A model generated the notes under the pieces. It was not told the DNA's origin. It saw nothing but the letters and a program-made list of their open reading frames with translations, and did not search any database. Position numbers and translations under genes: made by a program. This document shows, one piece after another, positions 17,573 through 30,700 of a DNA stretch of 64,000 nucleotides; positions within the stretch are counted from its first letter, which is position 1; every line of letters starts with the position of its first letter. The stretch is taken from the NCBI RefSeq assembly GCF_009914755.1, contig NC_060940.1. The stretch is one strand, 5' to 3'. The DNA is from the human T2T-CHM13v2.0 reference genome, Homo sapiens.

Positions 17573-18308
17573 TCATAATAGGCTGCTTTTTTTATATTAC
17601 TCTGTGGTTAAAATCTTCTGTTTTTGAATTTTAAATGATAATGAGAAAATGCTCACGATATAAATTCATATTGCAAAATATAAAGTAAGTGTCTCACCCA
17701 TGCAAAAATCGCATCAAGAAACACCAGGAGTTTATCTGAGCAGACTGTCGAGAGTGGTTTTCTCAATGTAGTGGAGTGTGATGGTTTTATTTTCTTCTGT
17801 CATTAATTTTTTCAAAAAATATCTATAGTGAGCATGTGTTACATTTATAATCAGAAAGTAGCAGATTGTTTGAAATGATCATGAGATCTCTATCTAGTTG
17901 GGACAATAACGATTGAACCGTGTCATGTGATATGGAGAGATACCCGCAGCGTCCCCCTCCTCGCCCTCTACCCCGTTCTGCACCCGCCGTGGTGTGGCCG
18001 GGCAGCTAGTCGCTCACTCACCAGTCCCTGGCCACTCGTGTGCCGAGCAGCAGAGCAGCTTCCGGGGCCTCACAGGTGGCCATGGGAGGAGCATGGTGTA
18101 CGGGAAAGACAAGGCCTGCAGTGAGTAGCTGCAGTGCACCGAGCCCCACTCCCCACTGGCCAGCTGTCTGGTTTTAGGCAAGTCCCCCAACACTCTAGTC
18201 TCGGTTTTGCCGACATGAGAAGGGATGGTGGGGACAGAGACGCCCTGCCTTGGGGAGTCAGGATGCCTCCAGGGTCTGGCACACATCAGGTTCCTGATAA
18301 ATATTTCC

Positions 18309-19166
<858 letters not shown>

Positions 19167-19860
19167 CAGTAAACCTCTCCTAAAGCACAGGGCCCCGGCT
19201 AAGAAAACGATCATTTTCAGGAGGGGCCGGGAGTTATGTATCTGAAGCAGCTTTCCAAGCAAAGCCAAAGTTGACTGTGTTCTTGTCCCGCAGCCGGTCC
19301 ACACTGTGAGGCCAGGCCTCAACTTCCCTCACCCTGGGCGTGACATGCACCCAGTGCAAGACGGTTGTGGGTGCGGGTGCACACAAATGAGTGGGTTGCT
19401 GTGCTGTCTCCGGAAGATTCTGTCGTTGCCCTTGGCCTGGCTCCCTGCCCGGGGCTGGTGCTGTGGTACCTACATCTTCAGGAAGCTGTGCAGCCTCTGC
19501 CATTGCCATCCCAGGGGGATCTGGCATCCTCCTAAGGACCGGGGCGCGTGGCCCAGATAAGAATAGGTGTTCCTTTGTGCTCATAAAACAGAATGCGGCG
19601 ATGGTTGCTTTAGCCGTTTCTCACCATGCAATGCAGAGGGACAAAGGGCTGTGCTACACTTCCCAGTTACATTCTGAAGCTCATAAATGTATGAGAAGGT
19701 TTGTGATTTTGCACAAGGTGTGTGTAGTAAGTTAAATTGTTGAACACAAAAATGTTGCTGCTTGAGGCATAAGTTGGATAATAGGCTTTAAATGATCAGG
19801 GATTCAGGTTCATAATGAACTTCACAGTAAAGAACACGTTTGTTCTGTAAAGCATTGAAC
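19167..19860 (+). other. MLYCD: MLYCD proximal 3' UTR with variant poly(A) signal AGTAAA (19826-19831) and downstream GU-rich element
   Basis: I saw no AATAAA in this interval. AGTAAA is followed about 30 nt later by TTGTGTAGTGGTGGTCGTCTTT; the cleavage position is inferred. Confidence 0.6.
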
Positions 19861-20024
19861 ATCTGATTGTGTAGTGGTGGTCGTCTTTAAGATTAGAGAC
19901 CTGGGAAGGCTGGAATCAGCCAGCCAGCCTACGGGGAGTTTGGGATGAAGGAGCCTGGGGTGTGTTGGATGAGAACAAAGGTGAAGGAAGGGGCAGTCAT
20001 TGTGCTTGTGGGAGGAAGGCAGTT

Positions 20025-21102
20025 GTGTTTGTGTGTGTATGTGTGTATCAGTGCACATCTGTGTGCATGTGCACGAGCGTCTCTGTGTGGATCAGTGCAC
20101 GTCTGTGCGTGTGCACGAGCGTCTGTGGATCAGTGCACGTCTGTGTGCGTGTGCACGAGCGTCTCTGTGTGTATCAGTGCATGTCTGTGTACGTGTGCAC
20201 GAGCATCTCTGGATCAGTGCACGTCTGTGTGCATGTGCCCGAGCGTCTCTGTGTGGATCAGTGCACGTCTGTGTGCGTGTGCACGAGCGTCTCTGTGTGG
20301 ATCAGTGCACGTCTGTGTGCGTGTGCACGAGCATCTCTGTGTGTGTCAGTGCACGTCTGTGCGTGTGCACGAGCGTCTCTGTGTGTATCAGTGCACGTCT
20401 GTGTGCGTGTGCCCGAGCGTCTCTGTGTGGATCAGTGCACGTCTGTGTGCATGTGCACGAGCGTTCTATGTGGATCAGTGCACGCCTGTGTGCGTGTGCA
20501 CGAGCGTCTCTGTGTGTCAGTGCACGTCTGTGTGCGTGTGCCCGAGCGTCTCTGTGTGGATCAGTGCACGTCTGTGTGCGTGTGCACGAGCGTCTCTGTG
20601 TGGATCAGTGCACGTCTGTGTGCGTGTGCACGAGCGTTCTATGTGGATCAGTGCACGCCTGTGTGCGTGTGCACGAGCGTCTCTGTGTGTCAGTGCACGT
20701 CTGTGTGCGTGTGCACAAGCGTCTCTGTGTGGATCAGTGCACGTCTGTGCGTGTGCACGAGCGTCTCTGTGTGGATCAGTGCACGTCTGTGTGCGTGTGC
20801 ACGAGCGTTCTATGTGGATCAGTGCACGCCTGTGTGCGTGTGCACGAGCGTCTCTGTGTGTGTCAGTGCACGTCTGTGTGTGCACGAGCGTCTCTGTGTG
20901 GATCAGTGCACGTCTGTGTGCGTGTGCCCGAGCGTCTCTGTGTGGATCAGTGCACGTCTGTGTGCGTGTGCACAAGCATCTGTGTGTGTCAGTGCACGTC
21001 TGTGTGCGTGTGCACGAGCGTCTCTGGATCAGTGCACGTCTGTGCATGTGCACACGTGCATGTGCATGTGCTTACACGTCTTTGTGTGTCTGTGTGCGTG
21101 TG
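20025..21102. repeat. TG-rich minisatellite (VNTR-A): about 24 copies of a 40-44 bp unit GGATCAGTGCACGTCTGTGTGCGTGTGCACGAGCGTCTCTGTGT
   Basis: CAGTGCA recurs every ~42-44 bp from ~20049 to ~21030. Confidence 0.95.
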
Positions 21103-21929
21103 TCCGCAGTTGCCCTGTCCTCGCTGTCCTCGGTTTGGCAGACAGGTCCCTCACCTTCCTTGCCTTTCATCTCCTGTGACCCTCGCCAGGCCCCTTCTCT
21201 GTCTTCTGCGTACGGCGTGTTGCTTCGTGACAGACGGTGTGATCGCGGGAGCTGTCTCATGCCTCTTGTTCTCCGGGCTGATTCTGAAAGAGTGGCTTGC
21301 AGGCCAATCAATGCAATCCTGGCAACCTGCCCGCCCTTCTTGCGGGCAGAGTTCTTTACCGTAAGCGTCCCCAGACCCTCAGGCCTGCGGAAACCTGCTG
21401 GGCCTTACCGTCTTTGCTTAGCTTTTGGCCTAGACCTTAAAGACCAGCAGTCTTCTGTGCTTTATCCTGCTGCCTCCAGAGTGCCATGGACAGATCACCC
21501 ATTCTCGATCACTCCGGCAGCCTTTCGGATCCGGTGGCGCCCTTCCTGGCTGTGTCCTTCACCTGTGCTGTCTGGTTCTCTCCTGTGTGGACAGGGGATG
21601 ATAGGAATTCCCGCTGCACAGGCCGCTGGGAGGACGGGCTCAGGTGACATCTGCCGAGGCTTTGGCTCACCAGAGGAGTTTGTAGATGTCAGTCATCCCC
21701 AAGTCACTAGGAACTAGCACGCCTGAGGTAGGTCTCGGAATAGTGTTCAAATCCATTTTACTATTGCGGCCAAGGAGCCCTCCCTCCAGCAAGGCGGCTC
21801 ATCACATCACGTTACTCTTTAGGTCAAATGTAACCCTCCCGGTTTTATTTATCACTCAGGCAGAGTTTCTTAACCTTTTGTGAGTTACAGATCACTGAAA
21901 TTCTGGTGAAAGCCAGGTAGGCCTCGCCG

Positions 21930-23849
21930 CAGGAGAACACATACATGGTGCACAGAACACACACAGTGCACAGAACACAGTGCACAGGAGAACACTCACA
22001 GTGCACAGGAGAACACGCACACGGTGCACAGGAGAACACGCACACATGTTGCACAGGAGAATTCACACACAGTGCACAGGAGAACACACAGTGCACAGGA
22101 GAACACATGGTGCACAGGAGAACACGCACACACGGTGCACAGGAGAACACACACAGTGCACAGGAGAACACGCACAGTGCACAGGAGAACACAGAGTGCA
22201 CAGGAGAACACATGGTGCACAGGAGAACACGCACACACGGTGCACAGAACACACACAGTGCACAGGAGAACACGCACAGTGCACAGGAGAACACGGTGCA
22301 CCGGAGAACATGCACACATGGTGCACAGGAGAACACAGTGCACAGGAGAATACAGACTGCACAGAACACACGCACAGTGCACAGGAGAAAACGCACACAC
22401 AGTGCACAGAACACAGTGCACAGGAGAACACGCACACAGTGCACAGAGAACCACACAGTGCACAGGAGAATACGCACACACAGTGCACAGAACACAGACA
22501 CAGTACACAGGAGAACACGCACACACAGTGCACAGAACACAGCCAGTGCACAGGAGAACACTGCACAGGAGAACCACACTGCACAGGAGAATATGCATAA
22601 ACAGTTCACAGGAGAACACGCACACACAGTGCATAGAGCACAGACACAGTGCACAGGAGAACCACACAATGTACAGGAGAATACGCACACACAGTGCACA
22701 GGAGAACATACACGCAGTACACAGACACAGTGCACCGGAGAACACAGTGCACAGGAGAACACGCACACACAGTGCACAGAACACAGACACAGTGCACAGG
22801 AGAACACACAGTGCACAGGAGAACACAGTGCACAGGAGAATACACACGGTGCACAGGAGAATTCACACACAATGCACAGGAGAACACAGTGCACAGGAGA
22901 ACACACACACACACTGCACAGGAGACCATGCACAGTGCACAGGAGAATACACATGGTGCACAGCAGAATTCACACAGTGCACAGGAGAACACACACAGTG
23001 CACAGAATTCATGCACACAGTGCACAGGAGAACACACACAGTGCACAGGAGAACACAGTGCACAGGAGAACACACACTGCACAGAACAAATGCACAGCAC
23101 ACAGGAGAACATGCACACACAGTGCACAGGAGAACACAGTGCACAGGAGAACACACAGTGCACAGGAGAGAACACACAGTGCACAGAACACACAGGGCAC
23201 AGGAGAACACACAGTGCACAGGAGAACACTGCACAGAACACACGGTGATCAGAACACACAGTGCACAGGAGAACACACAGTGCACAGAACACACGGGGCA
23301 CAGGAGAACACACGATGCACGGAACACGGTGATCAGAACACGGTTCACAGGAGAACACACAGTGCACAGAACACACGGGGCACAGGAGAACACACAGTGC
23401 ACAGAACACACAGTGCACAGAACACACGGTGCACAGGAGAACACATGGTGCACAGGAGAACACACGGTGTACAGAACACACGGTGCACAGGAGAACACGC
23501 AGTGCACAGGAGAACATGCAATGCACGGGAGAACACAGTGCAGAGAACACACACGCACTGCACAGAACATGCAGTGGTGCACAGGAGAACAGTACACAAC
23601 AACACATTCCATGCACAGGAGAACACACGCAATTCACAGGACACAACAGAACACACGCAGTGCACAGGACACAACAGAACACACGTGCACAGGAGAACAC
23701 AGTACACACACAGCGCACTGGAGAACACGCACAGTGCACAGGAGAACAGAGTGCACAGAACACAGTCCACAGGACAGCACACGGTACACAGCAGAACACC
23801 CGCAGTGCACAGGAGAACCTAGTGCACAGAACACACACCCTGTGCACAG
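21930..23849. repeat. CA-rich minisatellite (VNTR-B): ~1.9 kb of ~15-27 bp units built on GTGCACAG(GAG)AACAC(AC)n
   Basis: Dozens of GTGCACAGGAGAACAC / GTGCACAGAACAC cores with variable AC spacers. Confidence 0.95.
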
Positions 23850-24551
23850 TTTTGTTTTGTTTTGCTTTTGCAATTCCAGGGAGCTCCCTGGCCTCCCACA
23901 GCCATTCATAGAGCCCATTCTGTTTGCGATAAAAACAGATCTCCTCCAGCTCACGTGAGGCTAGGCACGGGTTCCTCAAAACCTTTTTGGGCAGCTAGCA
24001 GCTTTGACTAGCAGCTCATCTCACCAGGCTGAGGTCGCTGCCTGTGAACAGTTGACAGACCTAAAGCCAGCCAGAATGTTCTGTGTCAGAGAGCCCTGTC
24101 CAATGGGCAGAGCTGGGAGACACGCAGGAAGACCCCCAGCCCATGCCCGTTCTCAGGCCTGAGGTTCATTCTCGTTCTCTCCCTCTTCCCTTTCCCCTTC
24201 CTCCCTCCTGCCCTCGAATCTGCAAGGTCTCTCCAGGTGGCTGTGTTCTGCCAGGGCCTCCCAGGCTCCAAGATCACTGCCTTCAGGGAGCCCAGGAAGA
24301 GCTGCACATCCGCTGCCTCTGTGTGGCAGGCGTGTCCGAGACTGCAACTCCTAGTTCCCACCTTTCACACCTCATCTCTCTAACCTCTTATGGAAAATTT
24401 CAAACATATGTAAAAGCAGGGAGAAATTGCATAACGAACCTACAGACCTATCACCCAGCTTCCACAGTCATCAGTGGTTTTCTGTTTTTATCAAACTTTA
24501 TCTTTGTACTTCTTACAGTGCTTCACATTTAGCAGGTCCTCAATGAACATT

Positions 24552-25232
24552 AGATGGATGGATGGAAGGAAGGAAGATGGATGGATGGATGGATGGATGG
24601 ATGGATGGATGGATGGATGACAGATGGATGGTGGAGGGTTAATGGAAGGAAGGAAGATGGATGGGTGGAAGGAAGATGGGTGGATGGATGGTGGAGGGTG
24701 GATAGAAGGAAGATGGGTATATGAATAGATGGCTGGGTGGGTGGAAGGAAGGAAGATGGTTGGATGGATGGAAGATGGATGGATGGATGGATGGAGGGTA
24801 GAGTTTTAATGGAAGGAAGATGGATGGACGAATAGATGGAAGGAAGATGGGTGGATGGAAGGAAGATGGATGGATGGAATGATGGATGGGTGGTAGAGGG
24901 TGGATGGAAGGAAGATGGATGAATAGATGGGTGGGTGGGTGGATGTTTGGATGGATGGTGGAGGGCAGAGTGTTAATGGAAGGAAGATGAATGGATAGAT
25001 GGAGGGTAGAGTGTAGATGGAAGGAAAGGAAAGGAGGATGGATGGATGGATGGATGGATAGATGGATGGAGGAGGGTGGATGGAAGGAAGGAGGATGGAT
25101 GGATGGATGGGTGGGTGGGTGGGTGGATGGATGGCGCAGGGTATATGGAAGGAAGATGGATGAATGATGGAAGATGGATGGATGGGGGACAGATGAATTG
25201 ATGGCGGAGGATGTTAGGATGGGTGGATGGAT
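24552..25232. repeat. (GGAT)n/(GGAA)n compound simple repeat
   Basis: Visible GATG/GAAG tetramer runs over ~680 bp. Confidence 0.95.
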
Positions 25233-28200
25233 GTATTAACATCCCTTCTCCATGCCTCAGTCCCCATCATAAGGAGAAAGAGCCTGTCGTCCCTCTATGA
25301 TACTGCACTGAACCAATATTCCCCTCACTTCATGGGTGTTACAAACCTCTTATCATCTGTTTACGTCTCACTCTTACTGTAGAACCTCTAGAAAGGCAGG
25401 TGGCTTCCAGCTCCTCGCTTTTCCTGAGGGATGATCTGACCACCCATTCTTACACATGTCATCTTTCCCACAGTGGCAGTGCAGAGGAGACAAAAGCAGA
25501 ACAAAAGCAGACAGCGGCCAGGTCTGAGGGTGATAGGCTACTCACTGGGTCCTAGTGTTCTGAACTACACCCTACAGGAAAGTGCTACTCAGTGCCCAGG
25601 TGACATCGTCACAAGGGGAACACAGTGGCTAAGAGGGCAGGGGCTCAGTCTCACAGACCTGGTTTCCATCCCACTTGCTCTCAGGAACCCTGGGCAACAA
25701 CTGTGACCACAGTGTCTTCCTCTGGAAAGTGCCCAGCAGTGTTGGGCTCACCGTAGCTGCACAATAAATTGTCATGAGTGCTTTCCACTGTGTCCCAGGT
25801 TCAAGGCTGAAGTCACAACCCCACCCCTGCCACAGAGCCTGCCCCCCCGAGTGTTCCCCATCTCAGTCTGAGGCCCGACCTGTGCTTCCGGAGCCCGCGT
25901 CCCGTCCCATCTCAGGAGCTACTCTGCTCCATTCCCCCCGTATCCGAGACCTAAGTTCCGGCTCTCCTTATCTCTTGGAGCCCTGTCATCTGTGGATCAG
26001 ATGCTCCCCAGCTCCCTCCATCCCACCCACAGGGTTTCACAAGAGGCCCAGCCATGCACCCTGCTGGGGTTCAGACTTGAGGGGTGCCACTGGAGTTGGG
26101 GTGCACCTGCTCTCACCTGTTCATGGGCTCCTTTTTCTTCTGAAATGCAGCGTGAGGCACCATGGAGGGAGCTGTAGACTTTGGCTCCGGCCAGTGCCCA
26201 GTTCAAATGCTGGCCCCACCACTTCCAGCTGGGTGGCCCAGGGCAAGCCACCTACCCTTGCTTTGCCTCAGTTTCCTCATCTTTAAGTGGCAGTAACCAT
26301 AGTACCGACCCCACAGCCTGCTGAGAGGCTCAAAGGAGACGATGTATATAAAGCAGTTAACTGATGCCTGCCCTGGGAAGCAGAGCAGTCCCTGTCATGA
26401 TGGGCGTTTCTACATCTGGACCTGGGCGCCACCATCCTGCTCACCTGAATGCGGGTTCTGGGATCTTTCAGTCCTTATTTGGATATTTGAATATTTGTTG
26501 GTTTTCTGGCTTCTCACAATTTCTAAGAGGTGACTAAGTGGATCATTCGTTCCCGGGAGAGGTGGGAATGGCTCCTGTGGACACGGCATTGCACAGGGGC
26601 TTGAGGGGACCTCCTGACCCCTGATGGCTGAGCACCCTTGTCATACTCCTCAGGGAGAGCCCAGGCCACCGGCTAGCTCCAGACTGGCTCTGCAGGGCCT
26701 CAGAATCTGAACTCCCTGTGGTCACTCTGAGGCCTCTCTGTCTCTCTGTGTCTTTCTCTTTCTACCCTCTCCATCCCTCCTTCCCTCTGAGGGCTTGACC
26801 TTCACTGACCTCCAGGGCAAGAACAACCAAGAGTTGCTCCCAAGAGGGCTTCCCTCCTCCTCGTTCTGTGTGGCCTCAGAAGTGAGGGAATCTCAGTGCT
26901 CTGTGCAGGCATGTGCTTATTCTGAGCTCTGTTTGAAATTAAACATGAGGTGTACTAAAGATTTAAATCGAGCAAACACCTCTGTGATTTCCAATTGGAT
27001 TCTGAGGCGCTTACAGAAATATGAAGTCCATTTTGATCTACTCTTAGAAACAAAAGCTGCCCATGATTTCACCACAGAAAGTCTGCCTCATTTGCAGTTT
27101 AGCGGACTCACAGAGGTGACCCTAGATCTCTGTCTCGCCTTTGTTTGGTTTATTTCCACATTGCATTTGCGTTTCCCGCCTGGCTAGTTCTTGATCATTG
27201 AGGAAGGCAGAGAGAAACGAGATTCTCTGCTCTGGGCCAGGCATTCTCTGTACACGTTCCTGGTTCCAGCCTGCCTCCTTCCCTAGAGGATCACCGTGTC
27301 CAGCCCTGAAGCTGGAGCGAGTGTTCCTCACTTAGAGATGAGGCGATGAGGCGGCGAGCTGGGAGAGGGCTGAGCAGCTGGTGAGGGCAGAGTTGGGACT
27401 CAAACCCAGGCCCGACCACCACCCAGCTCTCCTTCCACCGCACTGGTCCACCTCCTGACCGTACGTGGGGAGACCCACGCAAAGGCCCAGAGAGGAGAAG
27501 GCCAGCAGTGGGCAGAACAGAGTGGGCCGCAGGTTTTGGCAAGCCTGGAGGGGAATAGGTCAGAAAGGTAGCCCGGCTGGGCTGAGAGACTGAGGACAGG
27601 GGGTGTTAGGGTGCTGACATTCTGGCAAGGGGGCGGGGGTCTGTGGAAGACAACCCCAGGCTGGGGTGGCTTCTCTCAAACCCGGGCATGCACAGTGCTG
27701 GCCGTATCGGTCCGAGCCCTCGGCTGCCAGGGAGAGAAGCTGAGCTCCCACCAAAGCATAAAATCCAGGCCAGCGAGGGGCAGCCAGACCACGGGAAGAC
27801 AGGAGGAACCCGGACCTGGCTCTCGTGCAGGAAGCAGGCAGTGCACAGCTCCGCCGCCACAGAGACAGCCTCCTCTCATGACCCCAGACTCAGCCCGGGC
27901 CGTGGTGGGAACGATGGTTGGCCCGGTTTGGAGATGGGGGATCTGGCCCTGTGGTGAGTGCACCCAGAGCAGGTGTCTCTCCGGAGCAGTTGAGTAGAAC
28001 AGCTGGCGTCACCTCTTCATGTTGACGAGGGGAGATGAGTGGCCCAGGCAGTTCCTAGAGCGGGGGAGATGGAGTGGGCCGTATCCCACCCAGCAGGAGC
28101 GCTTGCTTCTGAAGCTCCCGTGCGTCTGTGACAGAGGCTTGAACCCCCGGCTTGTTCTCTCACGTCTGTTGCCGTAAATCTGTCTCCATCGCCTGGCACA

Positions 28201-30584
28201 TAGGAGAGGCTTGGCAAATATTTTTGGTTCACTGAAGAAAGGCAGCCCTCACTCCTGCTGCTCAGACAGCACCCCCTGAACGTGAGTTACTGCCTCCTTG
28301 AGCACTTTCGCAGGAGAGAAGACCAGAGAGCTGCCTTCAAAGATGCCAGAGCCATGTTTATTTAAGCGGCGCTGCTCCAGAGAGAACTGGCCATTTGCAG
28401 TCTCCACCCCAGTGTGGCTCACGATGCCACCTCTCCTTGCCAGCTCTCACCGAGGCCCCCGGTGACCTCCTAGGGGGTACATCCAGCCAGGTTCCCCCTC
28501 AGCAATGGCCAGGGGCCACCGTGGGCCACACTGCACTTCCCAAATGCTCCCGGCACTGGCACAGATGCACACCCTCTTGGCCATCCCCACCTGTGCTCCG
28601 CCACTCTTAGTCAGCCATTCCTCTCGGCTTCCGGGAGTCCCCTCCTTCTCTAAGGATCTCACCCCCATCCGTGTCTCTGCTGTCTCCTAACTACCGATAG
28701 CAAGGGCACTAGTGCCCCTGTTTGCCGGGGACAGGCCCTGTCTGGGGCCCTGGTGTGGCATCATTGTTAACAGAGCTTCTTTTCACTCTGAAGTGTTCAG
28801 TTAGGACAGTCACTTGCACAGTCCCCTCACTGGTGACACAGACACCCCATACCTGTGTGTTTCCCCTGCATAGCTCAGCAGCAGCTCAGGCTCAGCACGG
28901 CCAAGGCTGAATGCAGATGCCCTCCCTCCAAAACCTGGCCTCCTCCAGCTGTTCCTTCCTGGCGAGGCCACCTCCAACTGTGTAACACAGAAGCCTGGGT
29001 GCCATCCCTGGGGCTCCCCTCACCCCCACCTCCCACCCGTCCCCGGGCCCCTGGACAGACCACTGGCCTTGTTCTCTTCATTTCCCTGGCCCAGGTTACA
29101 AAGTCTCCTTCCTGATTATGTGCATTAACTAACCTCGCAGGTGCTCTGCCCACCTGCCTACGCCAGACTCTTCCAGATCCTTCTCCACCCCAGCAGGCAG
29201 AGTTGTCATTGTGAAATGCAAATCAGGTTCCATCTCTCCTCTCCTTTCCTACCTCCCACCATCCCCGTCACCCTCCCTGTCACACACAGCCCCCTCCGTG
29301 GCCTCTCAAGCCTGCTGTGGCCTGACCCTCCCCTCTGCTTTTCCAGGCCCTCCTGGCACTGTCCTCCCTCAGTCTGGGACTCCCTGTCCTCCCTCCTTCC
29401 TGCGTGGCACATGCTCCTCCCTCTTCTTGAAACGCTCTCCCCTCCCTGCCTCCCAGGCAATGCCCACTCTGCCTCCAAAGTTCATCCATCGTCCTCTCCT
29501 CAGGAAGATTTCCCTGGTGGCTTGACTAGGTCACAGTCCCCCTTTATTTGCCGTCTTCTCACTGGGGCCTCTCCTTCCTGGTAGCTTCTAAACAAGGCAG
29601 TTTCATGTGTGTATCTCCACTAGACTAGACGCTCTCTGAGGGCAGGGACCCTGCTTCGCTTCTGGCCCGAGGTGGCTGCAGGGTCTGCAAGATCATCAGG
29701 GCCCCCTCCAATGTGACACTTGCAGAGGGGACCCCTGGCCTGGGGCCACGCTGGTTACTTGGGTACACTCCTTGCCCAGGGTTCCACAGCCCCTTAAAGG
29801 CAGGGTCTTTCTGGCCACGCCTGGCCCTGGTCTGGCCTCCCCAAGGAGCCCTGCCGCTGGGGGTGCTGTGTGGGAACAGAGCACAGGCCCTCCCTCCCAG
29901 AGCCCACGAGATCTCACTTTCTCCAAGCCCAGCTCCCCAAGGACTCAGACCCCAGTTGCCCTGCACTGAACGCTGGCTTGCCCTAGCTCACTCGGACCCC
30001 ACCCTGCACTGGGAAGGAGGGTCCCTGTCCCCGTTTGACGGGTGACGACACTGAGGCCCAGAGAGCTGAAGGGGCTGGCCGAGGGGACGGGCTTGGGCGC
30101 TTCCATTCTCACACTGCTGCCGTGACACCTAATCCATCCGGGGAAGTTCCCTTTAAACCCAAAAGGGGACGGTGAAGCCACACGCGGCCGCCCTTCTCAG
30201 GAGCCCACTTCCACCTCTCGCAGGCTAGACAGCGTTCCCCAAGTCCCCCCTTGAGCTGGGTGGGCTGCCCAGCTGTGAACACAAGGACACCTCCGATTTC
30301 GTCCTGTGAATGTTGATATTAGTGGTCCCTTCCTTCAGGGGCTGTGGGGATCTCAAAAGATAAGGCAGGTCTGGAGTCCTGCGCGGTACCTGCCGCATGG
30401 CAGGCTCTTTACGGACAGCGCAGGGACGCACTTTGATGCTGAAAATGAGTCTCTGGGACAGATGGATCCCAGTCTGGGTCCTCGCAAGCGCTGTGCACCC
30501 CGTCGCCGCGAGATGGCGGTGTTGCGCCCCTCCAGCCTCCTCTGCTCTGCGCTTGGGCGCTGAATGTTAAAATTCCTAACAGGT

Positions 30585-30700
30585 GAATCGCTTGAATCCG
30601 GGAGGCGGAGGTTGCAGTTGGCCGAGATGGCGCCACTCACTCCAGCCTGGCGACAGAGCGAGACTACGTCTCAAAAAAAAATAAAAATAAAAAAATAAAA
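30585..30700 (+). mobile_element. 5'-truncated Alu with an AATAAA-containing tail
   Basis: gaatcgcttgaa...gagactacgtctc + (A)nTAAAAATAAAAAAATAAAA; TSD AAAAT(T)CCTAACAGGT. Confidence 0.92.

Noticed and set aside
21930-23849. Repeat-spacer appearance suggestive of a CRISPR-like array
   Set aside because: The intervening sequences are short, non-unique AC variants rather than unique spacers; there are no cas genes, and the context is human.
19945-23979. Long Cys/His/Val-rich ORFs (up to 644 aa) resembling metallothionein- or keratin-associated-like proteins
   Set aside because: They coincide exactly with the minisatellites and are open in several frames on both strands because the units lack stop codons. 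No promoter, splice or codon evidence for a gene.
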